This document shows positions 15,674 through 25,911 of a stretch of 31,571 nt of DNA, in pieces (the stretch's first letter is position 1; each line of letters begins with the position of its first letter). The position numbers and the translations under genes were made by a program. The notes under the pieces were generated by a model that saw only the letters and a program-made list of their open reading frames with translations, was not told where the DNA came from and did no database searches. Source of the DNA: Puniceicoccaceae bacterium (lineage in GTDB: Bacteria; Verrucomicrobiota; Verrucomicrobiia; Opitutales; Coraliomargaritaceae). The stretch lies in contig WTIG01000044.1 in NCBI GenBank assembly GCA_011522825.1, positions 1-31,571 of the forward strand, given 5' to 3'.

Positions 15674-17449
15674 ATGAGTCAGGCATTTGTATCGTTGAAT
15701 CGGCTAAGGGTGATTGTTCTTTTCATTCTTTTTGCTTTTTTGGTGCTTTGTGGGCGTTTGTTTTATTTGCATGTTGTCGATAGTGAACGTTTAAAAAGCT
15801 TTGCTGAAAATGTGCGAAAGTCAGTACGTGTTTTGGCTTCACAAAGAGGGGATATTTTTGATGTCCATGGGAATATTTTAGCGGCGACACATAGTACTTA
15901 CACAGTCGGTGTGGACCCTAATTTTTTAAAGGAGGAAGATCGTAACAAATGGAGGCACTTAGCCTTTGTCTTAGAGGTGCCATATTCGGACCTGGAGGCG
16001 GTTATGGAAAAGAAGGTCCGTGCAAATAGTGGCCGCTTGATTCGTTGGGCTTCTTTAGCAAAAAATGTGGATTTAAAGACCTATGAAGCGGTGATGAATT
16101 TAGGTATCACTGGGGTCTACGGAAACCGAAAGAATCAACGGTTTTATCCGGGAAATGAATTAGCGTCTCATGTCATCGGCTTCGTAAATCATGAATCGGT
16201 TGCGGTATCTGGGATTGAGGAAATGTGTGATTATTATTTACGAGGTCAGGATGGCTGGGTGGAAACAGAAAGGGACGGTAGACGAAGAGAACTCGCTCAT
16301 AAGCGATCTCGTGAGATTTCAGAAGTGAATGGAAGTAATGTTTATTTAACCTTGGATCAACGCATACAAAGTGCAGTCGAGGAAGCGATTGATGCAGTGG
16401 TTGAGCGGTATAATCCAGAGGGTGTTAGTGTGATTGTGAGTCGTCCGAATGATGGGTCTATTTTAGCTTTAGCTAATTATCCTACTTTTGATCTGAATGA
16501 ATTTTTCAATACCCAATTATATCCGATAGCGAATCAAAGAAACCGTGCGATTACAGATATCTTTGAACCTGGCTCAACCTTCAAAATTGTACCTGCTTCA
16601 GGTGTTTTGAATGAATCTGAAGTGAACCCAAAGGACGTTTTTGATACGGGCAAGGCAGTCGTACTCTATAAAAATCGGAAGGTTCGTTTACCGAGTGACC
16701 ATCGTTTTTATGATCGTTTGAGTATGGCCGATATTGTAATAAAATCGAGTAATCGAGGGGCGGCTCATCTGGGAATGATTTTGGGGGAAGAGCGATTACA
16801 TGCTTATGCTAAGTCTTTTGGCTTTGGTGAACGAACAGATTTAGGACTCAGGGGAGAAATTTCTGGAACATTGCATCCGATTGATCGTTGGGATGGATTG
16901 ACTATATCAACAATGCCGATGGGGCATGCCGTTGATGGGACTCCAATGCAAATTCATTATGCAATGAGTGTGATTGCTAATAAGGGTCTTTTAATGAAGC
17001 CTAGGATCATTGACCGTATTACAAATGCTGATGATGTTTTACTGCTTGAGTATCCTGCAGTTACAAAACGTAGAGTGATCAGTGAATCTGTATCTCAACA
17101 GATGGCTGATTTATTAAATGAAGTTGTGGCGAATGGGACTGCAAAGCGTGCAATAATAAAGGGTTATTCAGTGGGTGGTAAAACAGGGACGACTCAAAAA
17201 ATAATCAATGGACAGTATACAAGTGAGTCTCATGTCGCTTCTTTTTCTGGATTTCTTCCCGTAGAAGATCCTGAGGTGGTTATCACAGTCGTTGTGGATG
17301 CACCTAAAGTTAAAGGGGGCTCGGGTTATGGTGGAGTGGTAGCAGCTCCTGTTTTCAAGGAAATCGCAGAGGAATGTATTCGTTATTTAGGGATTCGTTC
17401 ATCTGAATATTCTAAAGAATGGTTTGCGAATCGGGCAGTGGGACACTGA
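15674..17449 (+). CDS. ftsI: Septal peptidoglycan D,D-transpeptidase (class B PBP)
   Basis: N-terminal TM, RGDIFD, R.YP, GIEE, and catalytic motifs EPGSTFK (SxxK), KSSN (SxN) and KTGT. Confidence 0.95.
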   Translation: MSQAFVSLNRLRVIVLFILFAFLVLCGRLFYLHVVDSERLKSFAENVRKSVRVLASQRGDIFDVHGNILAATHSTYTVGVDPNFLKEEDRNKWRHLAFVLEVPYSDLEAVMEKKVRANSGRLIRWASLAKNVDLKTYEAVMNLGITGVYGNRKNQRFYPGNELASHVIGFVNHESVAVSGIEEMCDYYLRGQDGWVETERDGRRRELAHKRSREISEVNGSNVYLTLDQRIQSAVEEAIDAVVERYNPEGVSVIVSRPNDGSILALANYPTFDLNEFFNTQLYPIANQRNRAITDIFEPGSTFKIVPASGVLNESEVNPKDVFDTGKAVVLYKNRKVRLPSDHRFYDRLSMADIVIKSSNRGAAHLGMILGEERLHAYAKSFGFGERTDLGLRGEISGTLHPIDRWDGLTISTMPMGHAVDGTPMQIHYAMSVIANKGLLMKPRIIDRITNADDVLLLEYPAVTKRRVISESVSQQMADLLNEVVANGTAKRAIIKGYSVGGKTGTTQKIINGQYTSESHVASFSGFLPVEDPEVVITVVVDAPKVKGGSGYGGVVAAPVFKEIAEECIRYLGIRSSEYSKEWFANRAVGH

Positions 17450-17475
17450 TTTTTTAAAAGATTTTTGGTTTAGGT

Positions 17476-18966
17476 ATGATATTAAATAATGTGTTGAGTG
17501 AGGTCGAGGTAGTGGACCAACAATTGAGTGGTGCAGTTGATTTCAGTGCAATCATTACAGACAGTCGCAGGGCGGTTCCTGGTGGATTATTTTTCGCAAT
17601 CAGTGGTTCACGGCAGGATGGTAATACCTATATTGAAGAGGCCATGGCTCGGGGTGTGGTTGCCGTAATTTCAGAAGAACCCCTTGGGAAACATTTTCCG
17701 ATTAATTTTGTTCAGGTGAAAGATGTGCGCTTGGCTTTAGCGAAAATTTCAAAGCTATTTTATGCCTCTCCGGACGAAGCATTGAATATAATCGGAGTTA
17801 CTGGAACAAATGGAAAAACTACAGTGACGATGTTGAGTCAGCATTTATTAGGAGGAAGTCAGTCGGTGGGACTGGTTGGAACGATTCGTTATGACATCGG
17901 AAATCGAACATTACCTGCTCATAGAACAACCCCTGAATCAGTGGATTGTTTTGAATTATTTTCCGAAATGAAAGCGTCCAATTGTACGGACACTTTAATT
18001 GAAGTGAGTTCGCATGGAATTGATCAAAAGCGAGTGCATTTTATTCAAATGGACACGGTCGTATTCCTAAATCTTTCCAGAGATCATATTGATTACCACG
18101 AGTCGCTGGATGCTTATTTTGAAGTGAAGAAACGATTGTTTACGGGTGTCTTAGGGACTAAGGCTAAAACAGCGATTGTGAATCTCGATTGTGATTATGG
18201 TAAAAAGATATTAGAAGCTGATTCAAGTGAGCTAACATTTTTGACCTTTAGTGCGGATGGCAATGCGGCCGCTGATTTCAAAGCAAAATCAATTTGTTTA
18301 ACTTCTGAGGGAACTTCTTTTGAGCTGTCTTATCCAGATGGTGCTATAAAAGTGAGTTATCATTTACTGGGTCGGCATAATGTTTCGAATGTCTTAGCTG
18401 CTTTAGCGATTGGTTATACTCAGGGACGTTCTATGGAACATTTGTTGAAGCAATTAAAATCCTTTTCTGGAGTGCCAGGACGAATGGAGCGTGTGATTGC
18501 AGGTCAGGATTTTAATGTATTAGTGGATTATGCTCATACGGGTGATGCAATTAAGCATAGTGGGGAAGTGATTCAGGAATTTACAGATGGTCAAAAGATC
18601 ATTGTTTTTGGCTGTGGTGGTAATCGAGATAAAGGGAAGCGACCATTAATGATGCGTGCCGCCTTAGAAACCTCTGATATTGTTATAGCCACGTCGGATA
18701 ACCCACGTTCGGAATCAGTCGATGCGATTTTTGAGGATATGAAAGCGGGGATCGAGAGTGAGGCTGAAGCGAAGCGAGTGATTTTCGTAAAAGATCGTCG
18801 TAATGCGATTGCCTATGCATTTGAACTGGCGAAGCCTAAAGATTGTATTCTTATCGCTGGGAAAGGCCATGAAATGTATCAAGAAGTAGAGGGGACTATG
18901 ATTCCTTTCAATGATCGAAAGATAGCTAAAGAGTTAATTGAAAAGCGTTTTGGTTTCGATCAATAA
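17476..18966 (+). CDS. murE: UDP-MurNAc-dipeptide:meso-DAP ligase
   Basis: GVTGTNGKTT, TTPES, EVSSH, NLSRDHIDYH, DYAHT, the DAP-specificity motif DNPR, and AGKGHE. Confidence 0.96.
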   Translation: MILNNVLSEVEVVDQQLSGAVDFSAIITDSRRAVPGGLFFAISGSRQDGNTYIEEAMARGVVAVISEEPLGKHFPINFVQVKDVRLALAKISKLFYASPDEALNIIGVTGTNGKTTVTMLSQHLLGGSQSVGLVGTIRYDIGNRTLPAHRTTPESVDCFELFSEMKASNCTDTLIEVSSHGIDQKRVHFIQMDTVVFLNLSRDHIDYHESLDAYFEVKKRLFTGVLGTKAKTAIVNLDCDYGKKILEADSSELTFLTFSADGNAAADFKAKSICLTSEGTSFELSYPDGAIKVSYHLLGRHNVSNVLAALAIGYTQGRSMEHLLKQLKSFSGVPGRMERVIAGQDFNVLVDYAHTGDAIKHSGEVIQEFTDGQKIIVFGCGGNRDKGKRPLMMRAALETSDIVIATSDNPRSESVDAIFEDMKAGIESEAEAKRVIFVKDRRNAIAYAFELAKPKDCILIAGKGHEMYQEVEGTMIPFNDRKIAKELIEKRFGFDQ

Positions 18967-18982
18967 TAGGTGTGAATAATTT

Positions 18983-20365
18983 ATGGTATTTAAAGGAGAA
19001 GATTTAGCAAAGTGGACAGGTGGTTATTGGAAAGACGCTGTCCCATCAACAATAGAAGGTTTATTTTTTGATACACGAATCATTGAACCTAAATCGTTGT
19101 TTATTGCTCTGAGTTATGGGGTTCGAGATGGGCATGATTTTGTTGAGCAGGCAGCGGAGCGAGGAGCTTCAGCTTGTATGGTTGAAAAAAGCTTGGCCGT
19201 AGGGATTCCCCAATTGATAGTTGAGGATAGTTTGCAGGCTTTGGCTGATATTGCCCGGTCTATAAGAGATGGTTTCGCCAATCCAGTGGTTGGCATTACA
19301 GGAAGCTGTGGTAAAACCAGTACTAAGGCTATGTTGAAAAAAGTTTTAGGTAGTGAGCAAACTCATGCGACTAAGGGGAATTGGAACAATTGCTTGGGTG
19401 TATCTTTGACTTTAGCCGAATTAGCGAGTGAGGAATATGCTTATTCTGTGGTTGAGGCAGGAATCAGTGAGCGAGGAGAGATGTCGGTATTGAGCTCGAT
19501 CATTCGTCCGAATGTCTGTCTTTTCACTAATGTGGGTGAGGCACATTTAGAGGGCTTCGGGACAGTGGATTTGATCGCTGAAGAAAAGGCTAAATTACTC
19601 GAATCAGCTGAGCAGGGTGCTTTGGTGGTGGCACCAAAGGCAGTTTTAATTCGATCGGCTTTTGATAATTATCGTCACGATGCTGTGGCCATTGTCAAAG
19701 GATCGCCAGAAAGGAATAGTCCTTATAAAAATGTTTATGGTTATGAATGGGCAGAGCTCGATGATCATTCAGCAAACGTCACGCTTTTTCGCGGTGATCA
19801 AAAATATCAGTATCGCTTAGAGAGTTTAAGTGAGGGCATTATCCAAAATTCTGTATTAGCTGTGGTGACCGCTCTAGAAATGAATGTGGATAGTGGTCAA
19901 ATTATTGAAGGGATTGAATCTTGGAAGCCAGTGCGTGGTCGAGGAACAATCATTCCTTTAAGCACAATGGAAAAAGGATTTATTTATCAAGATAGCTACA
20001 ATGCGAATCCCACATCCATGCTTGATTCTTTAAGGGCCTTTGAGATGGCCTCTAAGGATTGTGAGCAACGTTTATATGTTTTAGGAATCATGAACGAGTT
20101 AGGTGAAAATGCCGGCTCTTTTCATGAGTTGATTACGAAGACGTTAAAGCCCAGAAAAGGGGATAGACTGATTCTGATTGGAGACAGTGAATTAACCGAG
20201 GCCTATAAAAAAGGGGCAAAATCTGCGGGCTGGGATGATTCGATGCTTGAGTCTTTTTTGGCTATTGAATTATGTAAGATAGACTTCAGCCAATACGAGG
20301 GGGCAATTTTCTTAAAGGGTAGCCGCTCTTGTCAATTGGAGGCCTTAATCCCTATGTTTCACTAA
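18983..20365 (+). CDS. murF: UDP-MurNAc-tripeptide:D-Ala-D-Ala ligase
   Basis: DTR, DGHDF, GITGSCGKTSTK, NN.LGVSLTL, AHLEGFG, DSYNANPTSM, LKGSR. Confidence 0.95.
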   Translation: MVFKGEDLAKWTGGYWKDAVPSTIEGLFFDTRIIEPKSLFIALSYGVRDGHDFVEQAAERGASACMVEKSLAVGIPQLIVEDSLQALADIARSIRDGFANPVVGITGSCGKTSTKAMLKKVLGSEQTHATKGNWNNCLGVSLTLAELASEEYAYSVVEAGISERGEMSVLSSIIRPNVCLFTNVGEAHLEGFGTVDLIAEEKAKLLESAEQGALVVAPKAVLIRSAFDNYRHDAVAIVKGSPERNSPYKNVYGYEWAELDDHSANVTLFRGDQKYQYRLESLSEGIIQNSVLAVVTALEMNVDSGQIIEGIESWKPVRGRGTIIPLSTMEKGFIYQDSYNANPTSMLDSLRAFEMASKDCEQRLYVLGIMNELGENAGSFHELITKTLKPRKGDRLILIGDSELTEAYKKGAKSAGWDDSMLESFLAIELCKIDFSQYEGAIFLKGSRSCQLEALIPMFH

Positions 20366-20373
20366 ATTGTATC

Positions 20374-21474
20374 ATGCTCAGTTATCTCGCAGATTTTGAA
20401 TCTTTCTTTGGCCCCTTACGATTGTTTCGTTATCTTTCATTGCGAATCGCTTTCTGCGGACTGACTTCAATGATGATTGGATTTTTTGTAGGACCCTGGA
20501 TAATTGCGAAACTAAAAGACTTAAAAATGAAGCAAATGCTTCGTACACATGATGAAGTAGGAGTGCTTGCTGATTTAACCAAAGGAAAGTCAGAAACTCC
20601 AACTATGGGGGGCTTGATTATATGCATCGCAGTGACATTGAGTGTCTTTTTATGGGCAAAGCCTAATGTGTATGTCTATACGAGTTTATTCGTTTATTTA
20701 GCGCTGACTTTGGTTGGGTTTTTAGATGACTATTTAAAAGTTTTTAAACAAAACAGCAAAGGTTTATCCAGTGTTAAGAAGCTACTCAGTCAGGCTGTGA
20801 TTGCGGTCGTGGCTTCTTTGGTTTTGTTATCTGTTCCTGAGTCGAGTGAACAAATCCGTGAGCTATGGGTACCATTTTATAAGTTTATTGTGGTTGAACA
20901 ACTCCCTTTGCTTGTCTTTTTCCCATTCTTTTTTGTGGTTTTAGCCGGCTCTAGTAATGCGATTAATTTAACCGATGGAATTGATGGGCTGGCTATTGGA
21001 TGTACGGTAACGGTTACTTTAGCTTATTTAATTTTCGCTTATGCTTCTGGAAATTCGATAATATCGGATTATTTGTTTATCAGTTATATACCGAATGCAG
21101 GAGAGCTTGCAGTTGTTTGCAGTGCATTGCTCGGTGCGAGTTTGGCTTTTCTTTGGTTTAACTGTTATCCTGCTGAGGTATTTATGGGGGACACAGGCTC
21201 ATTGGGAATTGGTGGAATGATCGGAGTGATTGCTTTTATGATTCACCAACCATTTACCTTAATTTTAGTGGGTGGTATTTTTGTTGCAGAAGCTTTGTCT
21301 GTAATTCTTCAAGTATTTTCTTTCAAAGTATTTGGTCGTAGGATTTTTAGAATGTCCCCGATCCATCATCATTTTCAATTAGGTGGTTGGTTTGAAAATA
21401 AGGTAGTGATTCGTTTTTGGATACTTTCTTTGCTATTTGCAATTGCTGGCCTTGCCACCTTGAAGCTTCGTTAA
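20374..21474 (+). CDS. mraY: Phospho-MurNAc-pentapeptide transferase
   Basis: TPTMGG, GFLDDYLK, SNAINLTDGIDGLA, VFMGDTGS, PIHHHF. ATG at 20374 avoids overlap with murF. Confidence 0.96.
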   Translation: MLSYLADFESFFGPLRLFRYLSLRIAFCGLTSMMIGFFVGPWIIAKLKDLKMKQMLRTHDEVGVLADLTKGKSETPTMGGLIICIAVTLSVFLWAKPNVYVYTSLFVYLALTLVGFLDDYLKVFKQNSKGLSSVKKLLSQAVIAVVASLVLLSVPESSEQIRELWVPFYKFIVVEQLPLLVFFPFFFVVLAGSSNAINLTDGIDGLAIGCTVTVTLAYLIFAYASGNSIISDYLFISYIPNAGELAVVCSALLGASLAFLWFNCYPAEVFMGDTGSLGIGGMIGVIAFMIHQPFTLILVGGIFVAEALSVILQVFSFKVFGRRIFRMSPIHHHFQLGGWFENKVVIRFWILSLLFAIAGLATLKLR

Positions 21475-21475
21475 G

Positions 21476-22735
21476 ATGAATAAGTGTATTGCTGTTTTTG
21501 GTGCCGGATTGAGTGGACAATCTGTGGCCAATTTAGCGAAATCAGAAGGTCACTCCGTAACGGTTTTTGATGAAACAGTCGGAAAGAAGAATGATTTTTC
21601 AGAATCGGATATCAGTTGTTTCGATGATTTTATTTTCAGTCCTGGTTTTTCAAAAAAGCATCCGTGGAGAGTGCTGCTTGCTAAAAAGGATTCTCTATAT
21701 GGTGAGCTTGGATATGCTGCAGAGCGATGGCAGGGGAAGATTTTTGGCGTTACAGGAACGAATGGGAAAACAACGGTGACTCGCTTGCTCGAGAGGCTGC
21801 TAAGGGCATCGGGTACAGAAGCATATGTGGCTGGAAACATAGGCGTTCCTTTGAGTGAATTGGTGAATTCTTCTGCCAATCATAAAGATGCAATTGCGGT
21901 ATGTGAAATCAGTTCTTTTCAAGCGGAAATCACTCAAGGACTGAGCTTGGATGGTCTTATTTGGACAAATTTTGCCGAAGACCACATGGATCGCTATGAT
22001 ACTATGGAGGAGTATTTTGACTCTAAATGGGCCTTGTTTTCTTGTTTGAAAAAATCGGCTACTGTATGTGTCAGTGAGGACTTGTTAGAATTTAAAGACG
22101 CAAATTTTTGGAAATCCTGCGGGGCAAAAATAGTTAAAGTGGATAAGGATTTACCGAAAACACTTAAAGAGACATCGGTATTTCAGTGCTATCCGCATTT
22201 GTTTAATTATCATTTAGCTTGTGGATTTATGGAAGAATTGGGCTTAAATGGGGTGGATTGTGTAACGGTCGCAAATGATTTTGAATTAGATGCGCATCGC
22301 ATGAGCAAAATTTTTGATCAAGGCGGTTTGAAAGTGTGGGAAGATTCTAAGTCGACAAATTTACATTCTGTTATCGGGGCTTTGAAAGCCGTTGAGGGCC
22401 CAGTAATTTGGATCGGTGGTGGTGTGTCTAAAAATACAAATATAGCTAATTTTGCTGAGAGTCTTGCTCCATTGGTTGACTGGGTCGTTGTATACGGTGC
22501 GATTGGCGAAGCGTTAAATGAAGCATTTTTAAAGATTGGGAAAGAATCTAGTTATTATCCTCAACTAGATGAGGCTATTCAGGCAGGTTTACGCTTATCT
22601 AATGGGCAAAACGAGGTCAGTATTTTATTCAGCCCTGGTTTTGCCAGTTTTGATCAATTCAATTCTTACTCAGATCGAGGAAAATTTTTCCAAAAGACTA
22701 TTTTTAGTTTACTGAAGGGGTCAGGATGTTTATAA
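21476..22735 (+). CDS. murD: UDP-MurNAc-L-Ala:D-Glu ligase
   Basis: GAGLSG, FSPG, GVTGTNGKTTV, GNIGVP, EISSFQ, DHMDRY, DSKSTN, FSPGFASFDQF. Confidence 0.95.
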   Translation: MNKCIAVFGAGLSGQSVANLAKSEGHSVTVFDETVGKKNDFSESDISCFDDFIFSPGFSKKHPWRVLLAKKDSLYGELGYAAERWQGKIFGVTGTNGKTTVTRLLERLLRASGTEAYVAGNIGVPLSELVNSSANHKDAIAVCEISSFQAEITQGLSLDGLIWTNFAEDHMDRYDTMEEYFDSKWALFSCLKKSATVCVSEDLLEFKDANFWKSCGAKIVKVDKDLPKTLKETSVFQCYPHLFNYHLACGFMEELGLNGVDCVTVANDFELDAHRMSKIFDQGGLKVWEDSKSTNLHSVIGALKAVEGPVIWIGGGVSKNTNIANFAESLAPLVDWVVVYGAIGEALNEAFLKIGKESSYYPQLDEAIQAGLRLSNGQNEVSILFSPGFASFDQFNSYSDRGKFFQKTIFSLLKGSGCL

Positions 22736-22756
22736 GTTAAAAAAATTAATGTTATT

Positions 22757-23647
22757 ATGAATATTACGAAAGTTTTTGGTTTTATATTGGCGCTACACGT
22801 AGGGGTTATCCTAGTTTTATTTATCCAGCCTGGGTGTCGGACAACGGACGTACAGCCCCCATCACAATCTGATTATCAAAAGAGTGCGATAGACTCAGAG
22901 GAACTATCGGCAATTGATAGTGACTTAGGCTCAATTTATGAAGCCAGTGGAAGCAATGAAGGATTGAGTGGGGAAGACCTAAGTGCTTTTAATGACATTG
23001 ATGGATTTGAGCCAGAAGAGGATGGACTGACAGTATCTGTATATGATGAGTCCTTAGATGTTTATGTGGTTCAAAATGGAGATACCTTATGGGAATTAGC
23101 TAGACGATTTGATACAACGATTAATGAATTGTGTAAGCTGAATAAAATTTCAAAAGATTCGATCTTAAGAATAGGAATGGAATTAGAGGTGCCGAAGGTT
23201 GGTGATTCTGTGATGAGTATCACCAAAGAGTCCGCAGCTGTTTATCAGCCGACAGATTTTGAAGGGACTGGCCAGGTCTATCGTGTGGTTTCAGGAGATT
23301 CTTTGTCGAAGATTGCGAATCAATATGATGTCACAGTCGCTGCAATCAAGGCAACTAATGGCCTGAGCTCAGATACTATTTTAATTGGACAAGAGTTATT
23401 AATTCCAGTGGATGGAACGGTTGAAATTCAGTCGGCAGAACCAGTAAAATCAGTTGCTGATGAGGCAGTCGTGATCGAACCGATTGTTGATGATTCTGTC
23501 GGTGATGGAAATGCGACTGCAAATTCATTAGAGCCAGCAGAGCCTGAGTTAGAATCCGTAGAAAATTCTACAAGCGTTGATGCTGAGCCTGACGTCGAAT
23601 CATTTCCGCAAGTGGATTTTATTAGAGTGTCTGCTGAGTCAGAATAA
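22757..23647 (+). CDS. Membrane-anchored two-LysM-domain protein with acidic linkers
   Basis: N-terminal hydrophobic segment ending QPGC; LysM repeats YVVQNGDTLWELARRF...GMELEVP and YRVVSGDSLSKIANQY...GQELLIP. No catalytic domain recognised. Confidence 0.9.
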   Translation: MNITKVFGFILALHVGVILVLFIQPGCRTTDVQPPSQSDYQKSAIDSEELSAIDSDLGSIYEASGSNEGLSGEDLSAFNDIDGFEPEEDGLTVSVYDESLDVYVVQNGDTLWELARRFDTTINELCKLNKISKDSILRIGMELEVPKVGDSVMSITKESAAVYQPTDFEGTGQVYRVVSGDSLSKIANQYDVTVAAIKATNGLSSDTILIGQELLIPVDGTVEIQSAEPVKSVADEAVVIEPIVDDSVGDGNATANSLEPAEPELESVENSTSVDAEPDVESFPQVDFIRVSAESE

Positions 23648-23648
23648 A

Positions 23649-23670
23649 ATTTTTAACTGAAGTTAAAAAT
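23649..23670. repeat. Perfect 10-bp inverted repeat overlapping the ftsW start
   Basis: ATTTTTAACT-GA-AGTTAAAAAT; the last two bases are the A and T of the ftsW ATG. Confidence 0.7.
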
Positions 23671-24811
23671 GCTCAAAGATTTTTTTTGGCGCAAATCGTT
23701 TACACGATTTCCTGCGTCAGGAATCATCATTATTCTTATCGTTACGATTCTTACTTTATTGGGAATCATCATTTTATTCAGTGCTTCCCAGGCCATGCAC
23801 TCAAATCCTGTGGCCTTACTGAAAAAGCAAATACTATGGTTGGTGCTTGGTATTATAATCGGTTTTTTTGTCTTTAGGTTGGATTTAGAGCGCATTCGCT
23901 CATTGATTCCAATTATCACAGGGGCGGCATTGTTGCTTTTAGCTTTGGTCTTAATTCCTGGAATAGGGGTTAAAGTGAATGGTGCACAAAGGTGGTTGGA
24001 CCTTGGCTTAATGCGTTTACAGGTTTCCGAAATTGGTAAAATAGGACTGCTCTTCTGTTTAGCTCATTATCTAGCAATGCACCGACGATCATTAGATGCT
24101 TGGAAAGAAGGCTTTATGTATCCTTTTTCACTTCTTGGGATCTTTGTTGGATTGATTTTTTTGGAGCCAGATTATGGCACGGCTTTTCTTTGTGGTTTAG
24201 TCGGCGGTGTTTTATTTTTTGTTTCAGGAATCAAGTTACGTTATTTATTACCGTCAGCTGGTTTAGCTTTGCTCTTATTTTGTATAGCAATCGTTTTAAA
24301 TCCAGAACGGTTGAGCCGAATAACCTCCTTTTTAGATGTTGAGTCCAATCGAAGTGATAGTGGCTATCAATTATGGCAGGGAATTATTGCTTTTGGTGTT
24401 GGAGGTATAGAAGGTGTTGGGCTTGGCTCTGGCCAACAACAGATGTCCTTTTTGCCGGAAGCACATACGGATTTCATTTTTTCAATTATAGGAGAAGAAT
24501 TAGGGTTATTTTTCTCAATGGGTGTGGCTTTATTATTTTTGGCACTTTTGATTTTAGTACTTTTTCAACTGAAGTATGCTCCAAATCTTTATCAATATTT
24601 ATTGGTTCTCGGGTCTTTGCTCATGATAGAATTTCAGGCTTTGATCAATATGGGTGTTGTAACTGGATGCTTGCCGACTAAGGGCATGTCGTTGCCGTTT
24701 ATTTCCTATGGTGGATCAAACTTGGTTTTAATGTTTATTCTGATTGGTGTGATTTTAAATTGTCTTTGTCATTGGTCAAAAGTTCCGCTAAAAGAGGCTC
24801 GAGAATTATGA
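23669..24811 (+). CDS. ftsW: SEDS-family peptidoglycan polymerase FtsW
   Basis: FSAS, VNGAQRWL, LQVSEIGK, EPDYG, GYQL, LPEAHTDFIFSIIGEELG, KGMSLPFISYGGS; located in the dcw cluster. Confidence 0.95.
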   Translation: MLKDFFWRKSFTRFPASGIIIILIVTILTLLGIIILFSASQAMHSNPVALLKKQILWLVLGIIIGFFVFRLDLERIRSLIPIITGAALLLLALVLIPGIGVKVNGAQRWLDLGLMRLQVSEIGKIGLLFCLAHYLAMHRRSLDAWKEGFMYPFSLLGIFVGLIFLEPDYGTAFLCGLVGGVLFFVSGIKLRYLLPSAGLALLLFCIAIVLNPERLSRITSFLDVESNRSDSGYQLWQGIIAFGVGGIEGVGLGSGQQQMSFLPEAHTDFIFSIIGEELGLFFSMGVALLFLALLILVLFQLKYAPNLYQYLLVLGSLLMIEFQALINMGVVTGCLPTKGMSLPFISYGGSNLVLMFILIGVILNCLCHWSKVPLKEAREL

Positions 24812-25911
24812 CGGATGTATTAATTATTTGTGGTGGAACCGGTGGGCATTTATCCCCAGGGATAGCTTTATCCGAGGAGTTAAAGAGTCGTGGTTTTTCG
24901 AGTAAACTTTGCATCAGTCAAAAATCAATTGATACGGAGATCGCTAAAAAGTATGAGCATATTGATTTTGAGCGCTTTTCAGGGAAGGGTTTTTCTGGGG
25001 GGCTATTGGGTAAGCTACAGTTCTTTCAGCAACTAGTTTGCAGTCTGCCAAAGATTTTCAAGATGATCCAAAATGAAAAACCGAAAGTTATGATGCTTTT
25101 TGGTGGCTATTTATCCGTGGGCTTTGGCTTATTGGGTATCTTGCTGAAGGTTAAGATTGTTTTACATGAAGCAAATGGAAAGGTGGGGAAAGCGGTTCGA
25201 TTATTACAACGATTTGCTTACCGTGTTTATTTACCAAAGAGTGTGATGCTCAAAGAGATAAAAAAATCAAAAGTATGCCATGCAGGATATCCTTTGCGTA
25301 AAGAAATGGTCGCCATGGAAAAAGCTGAAGCCCGTAAGCAATTGGGTTTAGAGTGTGAAGGAAGCTTATTAGTCATTATTGGAGGGAGTCAGGGGGCTCA
25401 GGCATTAAATAAATGGGTGATCGATCATTTTGAGCAATTAATTGAGGAGGGGATATCCATTTATTGTATATCAGGCTTAAAAAATGACTTACACAGCTAC
25501 GATGTTTCAACGAATAGTCGTGGTGAGCAAGTGACCATTAAAATGGTTCCTTTTTCCGATAATATGGCTGCGGTACTATCGGCCGGGGACTTAGTGGTGT
25601 CCCGTGCAGGCGCAGGTGCCATTGCAGAAATTACTCGTTGTGAAGTACCAAGTATTTTAATTCCTTATCCTTATGCGGCTGATAATCATCAGTTTTTTAA
25701 TGCAAAGATACATGAAAGTCTAGGTGGTGGAATTTTGCTTGATGAAACCCATATCGAAAAATTGTATCAGGAAGTTAAGGTTTTGATTTCAAATCAAAGC
25801 TTACTTGAGCAAATCAGCCTTAATTTAATGAATTTAAATGCAGTGGATGCTTCCCAAGAAATAGTGGATGATTTAGAAGCAGCCATTAGGCAAAAGGAGT
25901 ATGGATCATGA
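24808..25911 (+). CDS. murG: Lipid II GlcNAc transferase
   Basis: GGTGGH, FGGY, HEAN, GYPLR, GGSQGA, SRAGA, PYPYAADNHQ. ATG at 24808 overlaps the ftsW stop (ATGA). Confidence 0.96.
   Translation: MTDVLIICGGTGGHLSPGIALSEELKSRGFSSKLCISQKSIDTEIAKKYEHIDFERFSGKGFSGGLLGKLQFFQQLVCSLPKIFKMIQNEKPKVMMLFGGYLSVGFGLLGILLKVKIVLHEANGKVGKAVRLLQRFAYRVYLPKSVMLKEIKKSKVCHAGYPLRKEMVAMEKAEARKQLGLECEGSLLVIIGGSQGAQALNKWVIDHFEQLIEEGISIYCISGLKNDLHSYDVSTNSRGEQVTIKMVPFSDNMAAVLSAGDLVVSRAGAGAIAEITRCEVPSILIPYPYAADNHQFFNAKIHESLGGGILLDETHIEKLYQEVKVLISNQSLLEQISLNLMNLNAVDASQEIVDDLEAAIRQKEYGS

Noticed and set aside
18427-18440. CGTTC-TATG-GAACA, a one-mismatch LexA-like box
   Set aside because: Deep inside murE; treated as background.
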